DNA of 64,000 nt from Syncephalis fuscata S228 (lineage: Eukaryota > Fungi > Zoopagomycota), in contig JAHLTZ010000010.1 in assembly GCA_025786725.1 (NCBI GenBank), positions 1 to 64,000 of the forward strand. Reading direction: 5' to 3'. Positions 1 through 11,710 of this stretch are shown piece after piece. The position numbers and the translations under genes are program-made. Within the stretch, counting starts at the first letter, position 1, and each line of letters begins with the position of its first letter. The notes beneath the pieces were generated by a model. That model saw nothing but the letters and a program-made list of their open reading frames with translations. It did no database searches and was not told where the DNA came from.

Positions 1-3000
1 CTAAAGGTAAAGCTAACGTTACAACAGTATTGGTATTGGTATTAGTAGTTAAATCATATTAATACTAATAATGATATGAAATAATAGAATTTGATCCTAA
101 ACCATTTATCCGTACTTTTGAATCGGTTATTGATCAGTTGGTGCAACTACGTGACGGTGTAGAAAATCATATTGTCAATCTTGAACAAGAGGAGAGAAAG
201 GCCAGTCGACGTCATGGCGAACGTATGAATGATTTGAAGGCGGTTTTTAATGTAGGTTTAGAACAAATTATATTATATTGCATAATGCTAACTTATACTA
301 GGATGTCCATGTGGTATTTGAAAATCTTGAAGCACGTATTTCAGAAGTAGGCAATACGGCCATTCAAATTGGTGAACGGCTAGATACGGTGGAAAAACAG
401 CGCAATCGGGCTATTGAAGCGCGTGAATTAATTGAATATTATTTGGAATTTGCTGATCAACGTGTCGACCGTCTTGAAGATTTACGCATGTCAGGGCCAG
501 ATGATCAGTTGAAAGTAGGTTCTATTAGCTAATTGATAAGTAACTATATACATACATACACATATATATACACTATAATTAGGCGGCGGTAATTGCTCGT
601 CGTATTAATACAATTGCCAAAGATGTAACTACTGAAGGATCGGAAAAGGTATAGAGGCAATTTGGTTATAATAATAGATAGTAAATACTAATAGTTGTAT
701 TTATTAGACAAAACGAGCTATTGAACGTTACTGTGAAGTATTGGAGAATGGTTTACTGGAAAACTTTGAAGAAGCAATGCAACACAACGATATTCGAGTT
801 ATGGAAGTAAGTAGTGACTGAGGACTATGTAATAGCATAACTGACCATGATTATTCGTATATTTAGGCATCGGCACGTATCCTATACGAATTCAACGGTG
901 GTCATTCGTGTGTCCAACGTTACTTGAATCAGCGAGAATTCTTTTTGGGCTCAGTTGAATTAAGTCCACCTGAAGAGGCTATTTCTCCGTAAGCAATAGT
1001 GATTCAGTATGTCTAGCATAATAATAGAACATCTATATATATTATTAGTGAGGCAGGAGAATGGCCACACCCACCACCTGGCTGTGATCCATTATTGGAT
1101 GATTTGTTCCTTCAATTGGAACAACAGCTAAAGCCGGAATGGTCTAATATTTCGAGTATATTTCCAAATGCCGCTGAAGTAATGCAAATATTTGTACAAA
1201 GAGCCTTTACATTCTCAGTAAGTTATACAGAAGTGGTTGTTATAATGGCACGTGCTAATAACTATAATGAATTGCTTATAGATTCAAAATTATATGGTTA
1301 AGTTATTGAATCGAGCAGAAACTTTATCAGGCCTGGCTTTTCTTCGTGTACTTGCTGCGTGTCATGCTCGAGCAATGATGACAGTCCGAGAAATCCGTCG
1401 CTTTGATGATATGGTTGTACGCCCCTCTATTAAAGGATCTGCCGAGCAAGCACATGCGGAAGGTGTATCCAGTTCTGATGCTCTTTTCCGACCAAGTATG
1501 AATAAGAACTCAGCCTCGGCTACACTATCGGCCTGCGTCGATCGTTGTATGGAAGATCTATTTGCACCCTACACCGAAAACAATCGCTATCTCAATAGAG
1601 AACGACAGGCTCTATCCGAAGTATTCACGCGTATTCTAAAGCCGTTTATGGATTACCAGGCAGAACGACGTCAAGTAATGAAGAATAAAAATGCTTTAAT
1701 GCGTAAACTTAAAGATGCAGCTGGCGCTAACGTTGAGAATATTCAAATGACGCTGCCCGAGGAGAATGGCCGATTGCGTAAAAGCACAGTAGTACGTATG
1801 CTACTTGTACATGCTGAGGCTATGGGAAGATGCGCCGAGCTGTCTACGCCACAAGAATTGTAAGTACAAACATAGTATTTATTTAATTATATATATATAT
1901 ATAATAAACGGCTAAACTAACAGCTATTAATTATCTAGGCCAAAATATAGCGATCAACTGTATCGCATGCTGATAGAACAGCTTAATGCTAACTATATTG
2001 ATGCTGGTCTAGATGCGTAAGTATAATAATTGTATACAAAATATATAGATTGATTCAGCACTAATGGTAATTATATACTAGTGCATTGGAAGACTTGGAA
2101 TTAAACGATCTAAAGACAGAGCCCACTTTAAAAGAGTTGGCCGTTGTACGCTCGGCAAATAGAGCTGCATTGCTTGAACAGACACATTTTAAACAAGCAA
2201 TTGTAAGTGGTACGATCAGGCAATTAGCAGTCATTTAATTAATATTATTTAGATACCTATATTGTCACGTATGAGTGTTGGTACACGTGAAATCTTACTT
2301 GTCCAACGCTCCACCATGAGTGCACTGAAGACAAAGCAAATCGAGTAATGAACAAGGCAATTGATGGTAAATTACTATAGTATTTTACTAAATGATGATA
2401 ACTTAAACGTTTGTGTAAATAATAGTTATTATTAGTTGGCTGGAATTATCTTTAGACAAACAAAAGAAAAAAGACTTTCAGCCGCGTGATCAAGATTTGG
2501 ACTTGATGAGTTTAGCAACACCGGTAAGTAATTACAAATGACATTTGTAAAATGAAAGTAACTAATTTATTTATATTATTAACTACTGTTTTGTTGCTGT
2601 TGATTTAGGCTTGCAATTCATGTTTGGAATATTTGCGTAAAGTCCAAGAAGTATCGAGCGATTACCTGGACCCAATCAATCGAGAAACGTTCTTAGTTGA
2701 ATTAGGCATTACATTCCATGGGTGAGTTTTGGCGAGTAATATTGATTAGTCGTAAATAATAATCTATTTTTTATTATTTTATGATCAGAGTATTATTAGA
2801 TCGCTTTAAAAAGTTTACCATTAGTGCTACGGGCGGTCTAGTACTGTCAAAGTAAGTGTTTGCGAAAATGTCTTTGCATTAATCTAAATACTGACATTAC
2901 ACCATCACGCTATTAGGGATATTGCCAAATACCAGGAAGCAATTGATCGGTTCAAGGTTCAAGGATTAACGGAACGATTTGAAATGCTACGTGAATTGGG

Positions 3001-3259
3001 CAATATATTCTTGGTTAAGCCAGAAATTCTACGCTCTCTACTGTCGGAAGGTTATCTGGCTAAGATTGACCATCGTAGTTTGCTGCCATTTTTGAAGATG
3101 CGCGAGGACTGGAGTAGTGCCAAGATTGCCCAGCTACTTCGTGGCTACGCTACCGATAAGGATCTAGCCGCTACAGAAGAAAAAATATCTTCGTCCGATC
3201 TACTGAAATCAAAGATAAAAGTCGTAGCAAATGCCAGTCGTGTGTTTTCAAAGACGTAA
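1..3259 (+). CDS. SEC10: Exocyst complex component Sec10 (multi-exon, 5' end outside the window)
   Basis: Spliced exons give N-terminal FDPKPFIRTFE and IQIGERLDTVEKQRNRAIEARELIEYY, and C-terminal KQKKKDFQP, GGLVLSKDIAKYQ and ERFEMLRELGNIFLVKPE. Short GT-AG introns. One apparent 1-nt deletion near 2325. Confidence 0.93.
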
Positions 3260-4151
3260 CCTCGTATATTGTAATAAACGAACTAATTTATTAGTAACAT
3301 ATCGATCACAATGTTATATTTGCTTGGCTAAAGAACACTAAAAATGTAGGCTACATAGTTATAAATGTATAGGAGGTGGTATTTAAAATGCATAAATGAA
3401 AGAATAAATTGCTACTTTACAAAAGAATGGTAATAACTACAATTAGCTAATGTTACTAATTAAAAGAATTAATCAAAATGAGCTAAAAGTACTAGCATTT
3501 CTACTGGTTAATGACTACTGATTGCTGACTGCAAATAGACGTAGATATAAATGTAATGTCTTAATCAAATATAACTAATATGGTGCCATGTATTTATTAA
3601 TACAAGGTTGCGCAACTGAATAGGTACAACTAAGTGCAGACCTGTATTGTTATAATAATAAATTATTTAATTTAGTTATTAAAAAAGTATTGCAAATGTC
3701 TAGTATATCTGTTATGTCATCACTTTATTATTTTTGGTATATCTTTATTTCTAAAGCTTGTGGTTCCTTGTTATTTATTTAAAATGTATTAGTTACATAA
3801 CATATTACGTTTCATTTACCATTATTATATAATTTGTATCTAGGTACAATTTATTTAAACTAATAAACACATAATAGTAATTCACGCTATTTTAAAAATA
3901 AACATTAGCAACACAGCACCGCCAATAAAATATGCCGAATTGCTAATAGTACGAAAGTGTATAAGGTAGAAATTAAAAACATTAAGCAGCTACAGTCTTA
4001 TATCTTATGTTAGATTTGCAACAAATTGCCATCATAGACCAATCAAAACATTTAACATTTTTTTGATTTAATAATAAAGAATTCTAAATAAAATGTTTAT
4101 ATTTTATTGATTTATATAAGCCGGCTTTGAATCAACTATATAGATATTTAG

Positions 4152-6174
4152 CTAATGTATGGCCATAGCAGGTGCTTTTTGTCGTTTGTCGTCGTCACTT
4201 TGCTGCTGTGGCAGAACTTTGACAAACGCAAATGCAATAGCCGCAATTCCGGCAACTGGAATAAGTACGTAGTATTGCATACGTAAAGCATCAGCATGTG
4301 CTTGTATAGTAAGGCTTTTGATGGGTTCTGTAAGATCACGAATTTTTTCAACGGACTGTATAGCATCTTTAGTCAAATCGCCTGACGAAATGTACGTTTC
4401 AAGCAACGATGCCAATTTGTTGTTGAAAATGGCGCCCTCGATTGCAAGGCCGACCACTCCACCAATAATCTGAAAAAATGCCATAAGCGCTGTGGCAATG
4501 GCTATGTTTTCTGGTGTCACCGATGCCTGAGCCGCCAGTATAGGTGTCTGGATAGCACCACCAAATCCTAAGCCGAGAACAAACATGGAACCAATCTCTA
4601 GTGCTCTCGTTGAGTTTACATCAAAAAGAGTAATTAATCCAAAGCCAACCATGGCTATCGCCATGCCAATTGGCATAAATAGTCTATAAGATCGCTCTCC
4701 AACACGTGCAGAAATAATGCCAGATACTACTACTATAATGGAAACAGGCAATACAAACGGAAGTAAGACTAGGCCTGACTGTGTAGCACTGTAACCATGA
4801 ATTACCTAGTAAAGTTAATATAATATTAGTATGCTGTTTTAAATGGTGCTTACAGCAATTTATCCATTGTATTTGCTCAGTAATCACTTACTTGGAAGAA
4901 TATTGGAAGATAATAAATCGGACTAATGAACCCCCAGCCAACTAGAAAAATGCCAACACCAAGCAAACAAATAGATTTTGAGCGGAAAAGCTGTAATGGT
5001 ACTATTGGCTCAGTCGCCATACGAAACTCAGCCCATAGCAAACCTGCCAGAATAATAATGGCTACACAAAATAGCGAGATAACGACCGGTGAGGCCCATG
5101 GATACATGGAGCCACCCCAGTTGATAGGCAATAGCAATGCAACGCAAAATAAAAGGACAAGCAGTGTACCTAAGTAATCAACGCGTTTCATTTTCTCGCG
5201 TACTGATCCAACGGGTGTTTTGAGTTTTAGCAAAAAGCCTACAATGGGAACGACAATACCACCAACTGGCAAATTGATGTAAAAAGCCCAACGCCACGAG
5301 AGATGATCAGTAAACAGTCCTCCCAATAGTGGTCCAATGACGCTACTGAAAGTAAATACAGCACCAACGATGCCGGCATATTGTCCACGCTGATGGGGTG
5401 GAGCAATGTCTAATTGCAGTGATATACTTTATTGTTAGTGAACAAAAAACATACGGGCTATTCAGCAGCTTACCAGCAATAATGATCATTACTAGCGGAA
5501 TAAAACCGCCGCCTCCAATGCCGGCAACGCCCCGCATAATAATCAGCATGATGATGCTATTAGCTGCACCACACCCTAATGAGCCAGCTAGAAATATAGT
5601 GGTAGCAATAAGAAACATAATCTTGCGACCAAAAATATCAGAAAATCGGCCATAAAGTGGCTGTGCTGCTGTCGACGTTAGCAAATAGGCAATACTAATC
5701 CACGCAACCTGATCTAGCGCATCAAAATCCGAGGCAATTTGTGGAATAGCTGTGGATACGATTGTTTGATCAAGTGAAGCAAGAAACACTGTTAAAGCCA
5801 GCCTATAATGTTACATTAGTTAACTAAACAATACTTTAAATTGTGCCTACTTACCCTATGAATACAATTATACGACGACGCAACGACAATTCCTCCATTG
5901 TATTTGTGTCTTTTTGAAAGCATTGGTTGTTGTCATTGGTGCCACTACTATATAGACTAAAATTAGAAGTATTCTGTACTTCTCTTGCTTCGTCAAAACT
6001 ATTGGCATCGCTTGTTTTTGCTTCGTTGGCTGTGCATTTTTTGTCAGGTGTCATCGTACAGGTGTCTTTGTTAAAATGCTGTTCAGTGGCTTTCATTATT
6101 GTAATTGGTTCGCTTTCAGCATCCAGAGAGTGAATTATTTTGCCATTCGCTTCCATCATAGATTGATTAACCAT
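4152..6174 (-). CDS. MFS drug:H+ antiporter, DHA2 (14-TMS) family, 4 exons
   Basis: LASLDQTIVSTAIP (motif D1), YGRFSDIFGRK (motif A), WRWAFYINLPVG and many hydrophobic helices. Introns near 5803-5853, 5410-5473 and 4806-4890. Confidence 0.92.
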
Positions 6175-7921
6175 TTTGATGCTTTAAATCTAATTTGGTT
6201 GACTTTTGCTAAGACCAAAAAATTAGCTAGATAAATGGCTTGGCAACAAATTAAAAATGAATTTTCAAAACAACGACAAGCGTGTAACACGCTTAATGCA
6301 ATTGTAAAATACAACAACAGCTTTTAACGATTATTCACTATAGAATATATAGAGAAATGAAATATTGCAGGTTAATCAGTACTTTTATTATTTACAACAA
6401 ATGTATTTTTATAGCGTTTGATTACTATCAAATAGATGGTGAAAAAACAGCTAGCATGGATACAATGTTAGTCAGATCTAATAATTATTAGTCACAGAAA
6501 GCCGGAAATGTGTAACATTAGTAGTAGATTTGGTGTTGGCAATTGAATGTACGTAGAAAAGAAAATGAGCAATACATAAATGGTTTGTTTAGAATAACTG
6601 CAAGTTTTCTGTTTCAACAGTTTAAAATAGGCCTTGTGCTATATTATGCTAGGATTTGAGTAAATCGCAATAAATGTTATTATTGTAAAAATCAATACTT
6701 TATTAAACAATAAGCAATCAGGTGTATGTCTACTGTTGACGCATGCTACTCGCGTATTCCGAATGTGACAATATTGTATATCTTTTAAGGCCCAGTGACC
6801 GGTCGAGCTTTTAATCCAACGCAGCAATGCTATCTATCAAGATGTACATTGCATGGGTGTTTTTCATTCTTAACGTATACTCCTAATACGGCATTTTACC
6901 GAACGGTGTAATAAAAAGATGCATTTGCACACTGCTCCTCTTACTCCAATCCACGCATGTAAAAAAATGACACATTAAATGTCATGTGTTTAATTGTTCC
7001 CCTTTTTATTTCATGATACGACTATAACAACTTTTTAGCTAACAATGCATGCTATTAAAAATGGCGTTGCTACAGTCATTAACACTGTTACCAAATTCAC
7101 ATTTTAGTAGTTTTCTAATCAATTTGTAAAAATAATTTAGATAATTAACCGATTCGTGTACACATGTACCAGTCGACATTCACCCGCGAAGGTATAATGA
7201 TATATACTTGTTAATACAGTATTATTGATATGTTGACTAAATAATAATAAAGGTTAATTTGCTTTTATTACATATTTTATTGACAATTTTCAGAATTATT
7301 TCAATTACAATACACTGCATTAATATACTGATAGCAGTTATATTCAAACTAAACTCATGTCCTACATTTATTTATTGTTGTTTTTACTTGGATAATTGTA
7401 TATCAAATTACTATTTTGCTTAATCGCTTCATTGCAACGTCATCAGAAAAGTGTAGCAGCCTATTTATATTGAAAATAAATAAGTAAATTATATGGAAGA
7501 CGGTGCTCAGTTAAGTATTAGTGGCAACTAAGTACCTATTCATGTGATTTAGTTAATAAAGATCAGTTTATTTATACGTTAATTTATTTGTTAGTATAAT
7601 AATAATGTTATTGATGCCAGTGCTTTAGTTGGTGCCAAGTATTGAAATTGTTACTATCGACAATACATATCTTTGTAATTATAAACTTTAAACGATAACT
7701 CCATAACCCATACAATGGTCGTTGCAACGTCATTCAATAAATCTAGTTTAATCAATACCAGCGTATGTTTATTTACCACGTAACAAAACTACCATGCTAT
7801 GACACTTCAATATTGAAAAATTCACCACACAGTACTCCAAATTGCTCCAGTATCAAAAAACTGCATCCACCAGCCGTCTAGTTTGCAAAATAAACAAAAT
7901 AAATCCAGCGCGCTGGCTGGC

Positions 7922-7926
7922 AAAAA
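7922..7926 (-). terminator. Pol III terminator (T5) downstream of tRNA-Ile
   Basis: The minus strand reads ...GAGCA ACC TTTTT G, so the T5 starts 3 nt after the discriminator base. Confidence 0.8.
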
Positions 7927-7929
7927 GGT

Positions 7930-8004
7930 TGCTCACTACAGGGATCGAACCTGTGACCTTGGCGTTATTAGCACCACGCTCTAAACCAACTGAGCTAAGC
8001 GAGC
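7930..8004 (-). tRNA. tRNA-Ile (anticodon AAT), intronless
   Basis: Cloverleaf: acceptor GCTCGCT/AGTGAGC, D stem GCTC/GAGC, anticodon stem TGGTG/CGCCA with loop CT-AAT-AA, T stem ACAGG/CCTGT with TTCGATC loop, discriminator A. Confidence 0.97.
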
Positions 8005-8010
8005 TGATAG

Positions 8011-8129
8011 AAACTACATTACTTCTCATTCCCGCGTGGTCCCCCACCGCAGTACTACAGAAGCGCGGCCTAACTTAACTTCGGAGATCGGACGGGATCC
8101 GGTGCTTTCTAGGCGCAATGAACGTAGTT
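8011..8129 (-). rRNA. 5S rRNA (119 nt), dispersed copy
   Basis: The minus strand reads AACTACGTTCAT...GAAAGCACCGGATCCCGTCCGATCTCCGAAGTTAAG...TAGTACTGCGGTGGGGGACCACGCGGGAA...AATGTAGTTT. Helix I (AACTACGTT/AATGTAGTT) pairs, and box A, intermediate element and box C-like segments are present. Confidence 0.96.
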
Positions 8130-8939
8130 GAAGTGGAAGCAGTTTTTTGCAGCTCGTTCGTAATTTCTTTTACGTAAAAGCCTACCATTATCATGGCATT
8201 TGGCTACACATACGTCATAGGATTGCATCGTATACAAAAGCAAATGCATACACGCAATAATAGCAACAATTATAAACATAGTGCTATCGATAAGCATATA
8301 TATAATAATGATGACAGTATATGCATGTAATCTATTAGTATAGTTATTCTATCATCAGCATAATACAATAAACAAACCATATCAATGAATAACAACAAGA
8401 GCATTTATGAGTAGTACGGTGCAATGTATTGCAGTTATAAAATACGATTACTATTCAATAGTAAAAGTATATATACACATATATTGTGCATATATGCGTA
8501 CTGCTATTCAATAGCTATAGCAGATGACAAGGTAATACAGTGCATTAAACGATAAGCATAAGCAACAATAAGAATGCATATAGAGTAGATGACTAGCATA
8601 CATACAGGCTGTGTACTATAGTCAATAGCAACAAAGCAAACACGATAATACGAAAGAAAGATAATAGACTTAGACGTGACGTGCATATAGTATGCCTACT
8701 TACCATCATAATTACCTGTGAAAGTGATGAACAAAGAATACAGATGGCAAGTACAGTAAGGAATAGAAAGAAAGAGCGCGATAGGTGACGTGATGGAAAG
8801 GAATAAGTGTGATGCATATAGGCTGTGCTAAATGGTGTGTGACTATTGTAAAATAATAAAACGAATAAGTAATAGGAAAAGTATGAATGGTAATGCCGAA
8901 GCTATAGTGCATATAGTCTGATGAGCGACATAGGTTAAA

Positions 8940-9405
8940 TGAGTCGAGTGTTATTAGTAGTCGAACTAGCGTTAGACAAATAGCAGTTCTGAATAGCGTG
9001 TAGCCATTGTAGAACAAAGCGATATATAAAAGAATGAATATAGAGTGAAAGGAGTCTGAATAGCGATGTTAAAGTTATAGTGCATACAATGCAATGAAGA
9101 GAATGACTGAAGTATACTGATACATGTAAGTAACAGAATGTGTCTAATATAGCATAGATGGTATATATAGTGTAAAATGAAGTAGAAACGATATATGTGG
9201 ATAGAATTATATACATACTGGATAATAAATCTACAATGCTAAGTATTTGATGACTAATGTCACTCACCACTCATTCTCATGTTCAATTAATCCAAATATT
9301 ATTAAATTTAGCCATTTAACCATTAAATCACATTAAATGGTTAATAGTTAATAGTTGTTTATAAAACAAATTGTACAGTAAGGTTAAATGATACACAATA
9401 TTTCA
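8940..9405. repeat. Dispersed repeat family A, copy 1
   Basis: 8950-9320 aligns by eye, inverted, with ~39530-39900. 9240-9400 matches 32530-32670 and 40450-40530 (GATGTCACTCA..CATGTTCAAT..; AGTAAGGTTAAATGATACACAAT shared with the 32.6 kb copy). Confidence 0.8.
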
Positions 9406-9833
9406 TATGATTAACAATATGTTAATTCTTGTATTGCCTCTTTAAACAACCGATTATGATTATAATATATTTTCCATCTCGTTGTCCTCTGTACTTTCCC
9501 TTGTAAACACTTATGTGAATACTGTATGGCCATCACTTCCGCTATCTGAATATATGTATAAACAATTAATGGCGCTGGTGCCAATCATGCAACATAGAGT
9601 TTATAAACTGTTAGCGCTATATTCTAAAACTCAAAATCAAGTAAAGGCTGTATGGGGCTTGGTTTAGCGGAGTACTGGCCACAATAAGCCAATTGACGTT
9701 TGAAAACACATTCTAAACCTCCTTAACAAGAAGCAAGTGCCTTAAAAGGGGATGGTTTTAAAACTTGGTCGATTTGTTCTTTGTTCCCGCATCTCTCACT
9801 GCAATTCAATCTTTATCTTTTCTACTTTAAACA

Positions 9834-10155
9834 ATGGTAGGTACCCTCATTGTCTGGTACGTGTCGCCACTACAGCCGAACTAACAATGGTGCTATTGAA
9901 TTCTCCAATAGGTTGCTACTCAGCAAACAATGAAGGCACGCAATGCTGCCTACGCCAAAAACGTTCTTAAACGTGGCCAAGTTGCGCCTCAAGAAGAAGA
10001 TAGCAAGACAGCGACAAGCCGAAGCGCGCTCTTGTTCTTGCTTTTCATCGTAGTTGGTAGTGGTAAGTAGCATACAAATGCAAATAGCTGCTTATGCACT
10101 TTAACTAACATACTATAAACTACTAGCAATCTTCCAGCTGTTCAATCTGCTTTAG
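9834..10155 (+). CDS. SERP1: SERP1/RAMP4 (Ysy6) translocon-associated tail-anchored protein, 3 exons
   Basis: Exons 9834-9836, 9912-10062 and 10127-10155 give MVATQQTMKARNAAYAKNVLKRGQVAPQEEDSKTATSRSALLFLLFIVVGSAIFQLFNLL, matching the RAMP4 pattern (KN..KRG.V; F.VVGSAIFQ). Not in the ORF track. Confidence 0.9.
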
Positions 10156-11676
10156 ATTGTTTCATTACTTTCGTTTCAACATTATATTCACTATCAATAA
10201 AACGCATACATTACTAGATAGTTCATTGCACTAGTGTGGGTAACGCAAAGATGTTATGAAATGTGTTTAAAACATGGTTAAAATGGTGTACTAAAGATTT
10301 GTACTTGTTCTGAAGGAATTGCTAGTCATTTGGCCACGTCAAATAGAGTGATAGCGAGTTTGTACAATATAGTCTACATAGATGACAGTTAATACATTAT
10401 TACTACATGCCATATTGTTTTGATTGCAACTTGTAAATATAATCATTATAACGTGGACACTAAGCTCGTAATCTCAAATAATTAAACTGAATTTTTAATT
10501 GTAATTGTGATGTATCATAAATTCAAAAGTTTTATGCTAGACATGTGCGCAATTTATTTTGCTTTGTCTGCGTTGTCCTTTGAGTTTGAGTGGTGTTAAA
10601 TAAGTAATAAAGGCTGTGCTAGAGTGGGTATATAGTTTTAGCTGATTCTCATAGTGTGTCGCATAAATATCTTTTAAGTCATAATTACATACTGTATACA
10701 ACGATAGCTATGGCATGTATAGTTATAGGTAGGCCAGTATAGTTGGTATGGCGTATATTTTACTTTATTGCAGTCAATCTATGTACTGGTGGTTTGATAG
10801 CCATCGGCTTTGTTTCAGTATTTTAAAATTGATTAAACCTATACAAATAAATAGTTTGATTACATTAATGGCAGTACGCGTGTTTTTAATTTGCGTAAAT
10901 TACATATGGTCGACTAAACAGTGTATGATTAATTATTTTACACAACAGCAATAATGCCACTAGCAGATTGTGTTTATCATGCTGGTTATTAACGTGCACG
11001 GTTGCATTTATAAGTATTACAGCGTTGGCATGTTACATTCAATTTATGCGATAGTTTTAATAGACTGGGGATTGATTGCACATAAATAGGTGACAGTCAA
11101 TAGATAAGGATGTGAGGTGTAGTATATATTTATTTTAATACAATTGAATGGTACAGCAGTATTTGCTATGTGTTCATACTGTTATTGTCAATTGTGTAAT
11201 TGTTTTTGCCTGATTTGATATGTTCAACAGCTTAATACAATTGAAATCAGCTATTAAAAATATTTGTAACCCTTAAATAAATAAAGCTATTACTTTTTGG
11301 ATTATTTATATTATATTTACAATCGGTTAAACTAGCATGCTGATAAAAGTTAGTTGTACCATAAAATAAAGATTGATATGACTATTAAGCCAGAAACTAC
11401 ACGGTCAATTAATGATATCAAAATTCAGAAAATAAAAATATAACAGAATAGGCATAACTGTTGTGTTTCTGGTATAACGTTGCACTTTGTACAATCCATG
11501 ACAATCATTATAGTTTAACTTATGTGGTTGATTCTAGTTTAAAACCGGACTAGATCTTGGTACAAAACGTAACACCAAGCGTACAATGCTAGCACAATAG
11601 AAGCCTATCACTTCTAGTAGAATTTACCATTAGTTTTTTTGTGCATTTGTGTTTACAGTAAGTGCTTAATGAAAAC

Positions 11677-11710
11677 ACATATGCAAGCACATATGCAAGC
11701 ACATATGCAA
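11677..11710. repeat. 12-bp tandem repeat (CACATATGCAAG) x ~3
   Basis: Direct reading of the sequence. Confidence 0.85.

Noticed and set aside
6278-6294. Perfect 8-1-8 inverted repeat AAGCGTGT-A-ACACGCTT ~105 bp upstream of the MFS start, resembling an operator
   Set aside because: A few such palindromes are expected by chance in 64 kb, and no cognate regulator is nearby.
7842-8078. ORFs 7842-8078 (+) and 7853-8047 (-)
   Set aside because: Shadow frames over the tRNA and 5S genes.
8109-9270. Hydrophobic short ORFs on the minus strand (also 39916-40316 on plus and 40819-41004 on minus)
   Set aside because: Products of T-rich strand bias in repeat DNA, with no recognisable domain or consistent frame.
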